A stretch of DNA of 64,000 nucleotides from Vulcanimicrobiota bacterium. Lineage in GTDB: Bacteria; Vulcanimicrobiota; Vulcanimicrobiia; Vulcanimicrobiales; Vulcanimicrobiaceae. Under the pieces are notes generated by a model that did no database searches, was not told where the DNA came from, and was given only the letters and a program-made list of their open reading frames with translations. This document shows positions 61,509 to 64,000 of this stretch, piece by piece (the stretch's first letter is position 1; every line of letters begins with the position of its first letter). The stretch lies in the NCBI GenBank assembly GCA_030041225.1, contig JASHOG010000040.1:16243-80242 (forward strand), read 5' to 3'. Position numbers and translations under genes: made by a program.

Positions 61509-62376
61509 TGTTGAACGATTGTGCGTTGATCGTCTCGGGATCCGAGCCGGCGCGTTTACCGGTATCGAGTCCGTCGATCGCCGCGATTTCGTCGGCCGTC
61601 AACACGAAGTCGAAGACGGCGAAGTTCTCCGCGATGCGCTCCGGCCGTACGGATTTCGGAATCGCCGAGAGCCCGTGGTCGAGGTGCCAGCGCAGCACGA
61701 CCTGAGCCGGGGTCTTGCCATATTTCTCCGCGAGCCCGATGACGACCGGATGCACGAGCGGACTTGCCGCTCCAGCCGGCGCCGCTTGCGGCTTTCGGTT
61801 GTACACGCCGCCGATCGGCGACCACGACTGCGTCACGATGCCGTGGTGCTCGTCGAAGTTTCGCAGCTCGCGCTGAATGAAGAACGGATGCAACTCCACT
61901 TGATTGACCGCCGGCACGACATCGGTTCGCCCGATAAGCGCCTCTAGGTGCCGCGCACTGAAGTTCGACACGCCAATTGCTCGAGCACGACCGTCGCCGA
62001 GCAGTTTTTCGGCAGCCCGATACGCACCCACAGTCGCATCGAAGTCCGTGGGAACCGGCCAGTGGAGCAGGTAGAGGTCCACGTAGTCGAAGCCCAGCCG
62101 GCGTAAGCTCGCCTCGCACGCACGCAGCGCGGATTCGTAGCCATAATCCGTCACCCAGAGTTTCGTCGTAACGAAGATCTCCGAGCGATCGATCCCGGTG
62201 CGCGCGATCCCTTCGGCGACCTCCCGTTCGTTGCGATACGCCGCGGCCGTGTCGATCAGCCGATAGCCGTCGGTCACCGCGGCCTCGACGGCACGCGCCG
62301 TCTCTTCAGGCGGCGTCAAGAAGACGCCGAGCCCCAGGGCCGGCATCTCGACGCCGTTGTTCAACGTGATGAGCAT
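61492..62376 (-). CDS. aldo/keto reductase (2,5-diketo-D-gluconate reductase-like)
   Basis: 294-aa ORF with the IDTAAAYRNE, LHWP and NQVELHP motifs of the AKR family. Confidence 0.9.
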   Translation of the reverse strand: MLITLNNGVEMPALGLGVFLTPPEETARAVEAAVTDGYRLIDTAAAYRNEREVAEGIARTGIDRSEIFVTTKLWVTDYGYESALRACEASLRRLGFDYVDLYLLHWPVPTDFDATVGAYRAAEKLLGDGRARAIGVSNFSARHLEALIGRTDVVPAVNQVELHPFFIQRELRNFDEHHGIVTQSWSPIGGVYNRKPQAAPAGAASPLVHPVVIGLAEKYGKTPAQVVLRWHLDHGLSAIPKSVRPERIAENFAVFDFVLTADEIAAIDGLDTGKRAGSDPETINAQSFNITVPR

Positions 62377-62467
62377 TGCGCGTTACGGAGCTTCTCTGGT
62401 CGGAGCGCAAACCATTGCTAACCCCTTGCCGTTTTGCTGCGGCGGGGGGTACGATGGGAATGTGGCT

Positions 62468-62923
62468 ATGACGATCTCACAGCTGGCCAAGAGCGCCGGA
62501 GTCAAAGCGGAGACGGTGCGTTACTATCAGCGAATCGGATTACTACCGATCCCACAACGTCCTAGACATGGCTTTCGTTCATACGACGATCGGGACGCGC
62601 GACGCCTACACTTCGTTCGACAGACCCAAAGGCTCGGCTTCACGCTCGATGAGATCGCAGTTCTGCTTCGCCTATCGTCGGCCGATTGCGAGGAAGTCGA
62701 GCATCTTGCGCGGGAACGCCTCTCGAGCGTTACGTCGAAGATCGAAGAGTTGCGCCGGCTTGAAGCCGCCTTGCAGGCAACGATTACCGACTGCGAACGT
62801 CGTCAGCCCTTCGCGGGCTGTCCGCTCATCGAGGCCCTCACCGCAGGCTACGGCGGTACCTCCCCAATAAGCACTCCGGAAGACAGCACAGCAGCACGGC
62901 GCCTGCAAGAGCAACGAGGCTGA
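62468..62923 (+). CDS. merR: MerR family regulator with the Hg(II)-type cysteine triad
   Basis: Track ORF 62357-62923; start at M38 (MTISQLAKSAGVKAETVRYYQRIGLLP...). LRLSSADCEEVEHLA...TDCERRQPFAGCPLIEAL is collinear with Tn501 MerR (C-x35-C-x8-CP). Confidence 0.75.
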   Translation: MTISQLAKSAGVKAETVRYYQRIGLLPIPQRPRHGFRSYDDRDARRLHFVRQTQRLGFTLDEIAVLLRLSSADCEEVEHLARERLSSVTSKIEELRRLEAALQATITDCERRQPFAGCPLIEALTAGYGGTSPISTPEDSTAARRLQEQRG

Positions 62924-63230
62924 TCCTGCTCCATCCGAACGCCCCGAGATGAACGACGCCCAAACCGTAGAGTACCGTGAATGCCGCCATCGCCAAGAAG
63001 AACGGCCCCGTTAGGTAGCAATGTACGCGGCCGCAGCGTAGGGCGTTCACAATGCATCCAATACCCATCGTGCTGAACGATGCTGCCCAGATCGCCGTCC
63101 GCCAGCCTACGCCGATGTTCACCGAGCCGCTTGCGCTAAGCGCGATGATCGGGAGCACGAATACCATACCCGTGACGAACCAGTTGCGCAGGATGTCACG
63201 CTCTTCGTTCATCGCGTCGTGAGTACTCAT
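62838..63230 (-). CDS. small Cys-rich integral membrane protein (4 TM), unknown family
   Basis: Track ORF 62838-63389; start at M54 (MSTHDAMNEERD...), an ATGA overlap with the upstream gene. Cys motifs GCIVNALRCGRVHCYLTGP and LLCCLPEC. Confidence 0.55.
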   Translation of the reverse strand: MSTHDAMNEERDILRNWFVTGMVFVLPIIALSASGSVNIGVGWRTAIWAASFSTMGIGCIVNALRCGRVHCYLTGPFFLAMAAFTVLYGLGVVHLGAFGWSRISLVALAGAVLLCCLPECLLGRYRRSLR

Positions 63231-64000
63231 CGTTCGAGAGCGAGCAACGCGCGGGCGCGCTGCGCAAACACGGCGGCGTCGAGACGAGGCGCGTTCGTGA
63301 TTGGCAGCTGATGCATCCAGAATGAAGGCGTGGGCGGAGCCGAGCCGCTCCACACGATGCCCGGAGCGTAGAGCATGTACACGTCCCATGCCGGGCCGCC
63401 GGGTACCGGAAGCACTCGCTCGTACGAGACTCCAAGATCATTGCTCTCGTCCCAGTAATGCAGGATGCGAGGATCGGGCGCGAGGCTCATCGCTTCCGGA
63501 ACGTTGCCGGCCCTTCCGCCCAGCATCGGCACCCAGACCACGAAGCCGGCTAGGTTCTTACTCGGCACCTCGGCAAAGAGCGCATGTTCGACGCTCGACA
63601 CACCCGCAAGACAGATCGGACATGTCGGACTGACGAGTTCGACGACACGGACGCGGTCGCGCTGACGGTTGAAGGCGTCACGAAGCGGCTCGTCCATCGA
63701 GCTCAATGCGATGAATCCGCTCGTACCGGCATCCGCACGGGCCCAAAGTATAGCGCCGAAAGATGCGAGCCACACAAAGACGGAGAGCCACAGCAGCCAG
63801 CGTACCCGGTGCGCTCTCAGTCGGAATGATGCGCCGATCACGAACGCTGAGAGGACGAGCAGCGCGAGCGTGTAGGGGCGTAGCCCCTCCAAGGCGACGG
63901 CTCCGCTCGCGCCTAGTAGGGAGATGACGAGCGGCCCGACGGCCGGTCCCGCACAGCAAGCCGAAACCGCTGCGGCGGTGCCGGCTCCGCCAAGACCTAG
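63227..64000 (-). CDS. MerT-like membrane segment fused to a thioredoxin-like CxxC domain (5' end beyond the window)
   Basis: Track ORF 63227-63892, but the frame stays open to 64000: LGLGGAGTAAAVSACCAGPAVGPLVISLLGASGAVALEGLRPYTLALLVL resembles MerT TM1-TM2 (TCCLGPLV...LEPYRP). The downstream soluble part has VELVSPTCPICLAG. Confidence 0.6.
   Translation of the reverse strand, partial: LGLGGAGTAAAVSACCAGPAVGPLVISLLGASGAVALEGLRPYTLALLVLSAFVIGASFRLRAHRVRWLLWLSVFVWLASFGAILWARADAGTSGFIALSSMDEPLRDAFNRQRDRVRVVELVSPTCPICLAGVSSVEHALFAEVPSKNLAGFVVWVPMLGGRAGNVPEAMSLAPDPRILHYWDESNDLGVSYERVLPVPGGPAWDVYMLYAPGIVWSGSAPPTPSFWMHQLPITNAPRLDAAVFAQRARALLALER

Noticed and set aside
1-64000. Mobile elements, CRISPR arrays, rRNA, prophage or defence-island signatures (especially flanking tRNA-Val at 25485-25560)
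   Set aside because: I recognised no transposase, integrase, recombinase or Cas-like translations in any frame. I saw no spaced direct-repeat arrays and no direct repeat of the tRNA 3' end nearby. The window looks like core or accessory metabolic chromosome.

Overview
GC-rich (roughly two-thirds G+C by eye, not computed) bacterial chromosomal window. It is densely coding, with about 58 supported protein genes and one tRNA-Val(TAC). I saw no rRNA, CRISPR array, transposase, integrase or phage genes. All functions come from motifs I recognise in the supplied translations; no database search was possible. The ORF track contains many long antisense or out-of-frame ORFs typical of high-GC DNA, and I discarded these. 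Several real genes start well inside their listed ORF, so I re-derived those starts arithmetically from the track. The dominant theme is exported proteolysis and peptide or amino-acid catabolism. (1) 2.7-19.3 kb is a + strand locus holding three diverged copies of a module. Each module has an uncharacterised membrane-anchored protein 'A' plus an esterase-fold protein 'B' and/or an S9 peptidase 'C'. The modules surround a TonB-dependent-receptor-like outer-membrane protein and an Asp-box propeller protein, with TetR and Lrp regulators nearby. This is my best candidate for an undescribed system. (2) 30.5-41.6 kb is a six-gene overlapping minus-strand operon (S9 peptidase, SolA-like oxidase, GPH transporter, GGT-like, LuxR, DUF885) plus a divergent second GGT-like gene. 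(3) 48.9-57 kb encodes a trypsin-Sel1 fusion, a tricorn-type protease and a lipoprotein. Other content: csaB plus a DUF5693-like membrane protein, a type III PKS with an ICMT-type methyltransferase, sugar kinase/transporter/PFK genes, and a mer-like end of the window (MerR, a Cys-rich membrane protein, a MerT-like-thioredoxin fusion). Oddities worth follow-up: an IF-1 gene and an APC permease whose conserved N-termini lie upstream of any ATG/GTG/TTG; esterase paralog B2, which lacks a signal peptide and begins immediately after the in-frame TAG of its membrane-anchored partner; two small secreted Cys-bracketed aromatic peptides; and both GGT-like proteins apparently carrying Ser at the Thr nucleophile position.
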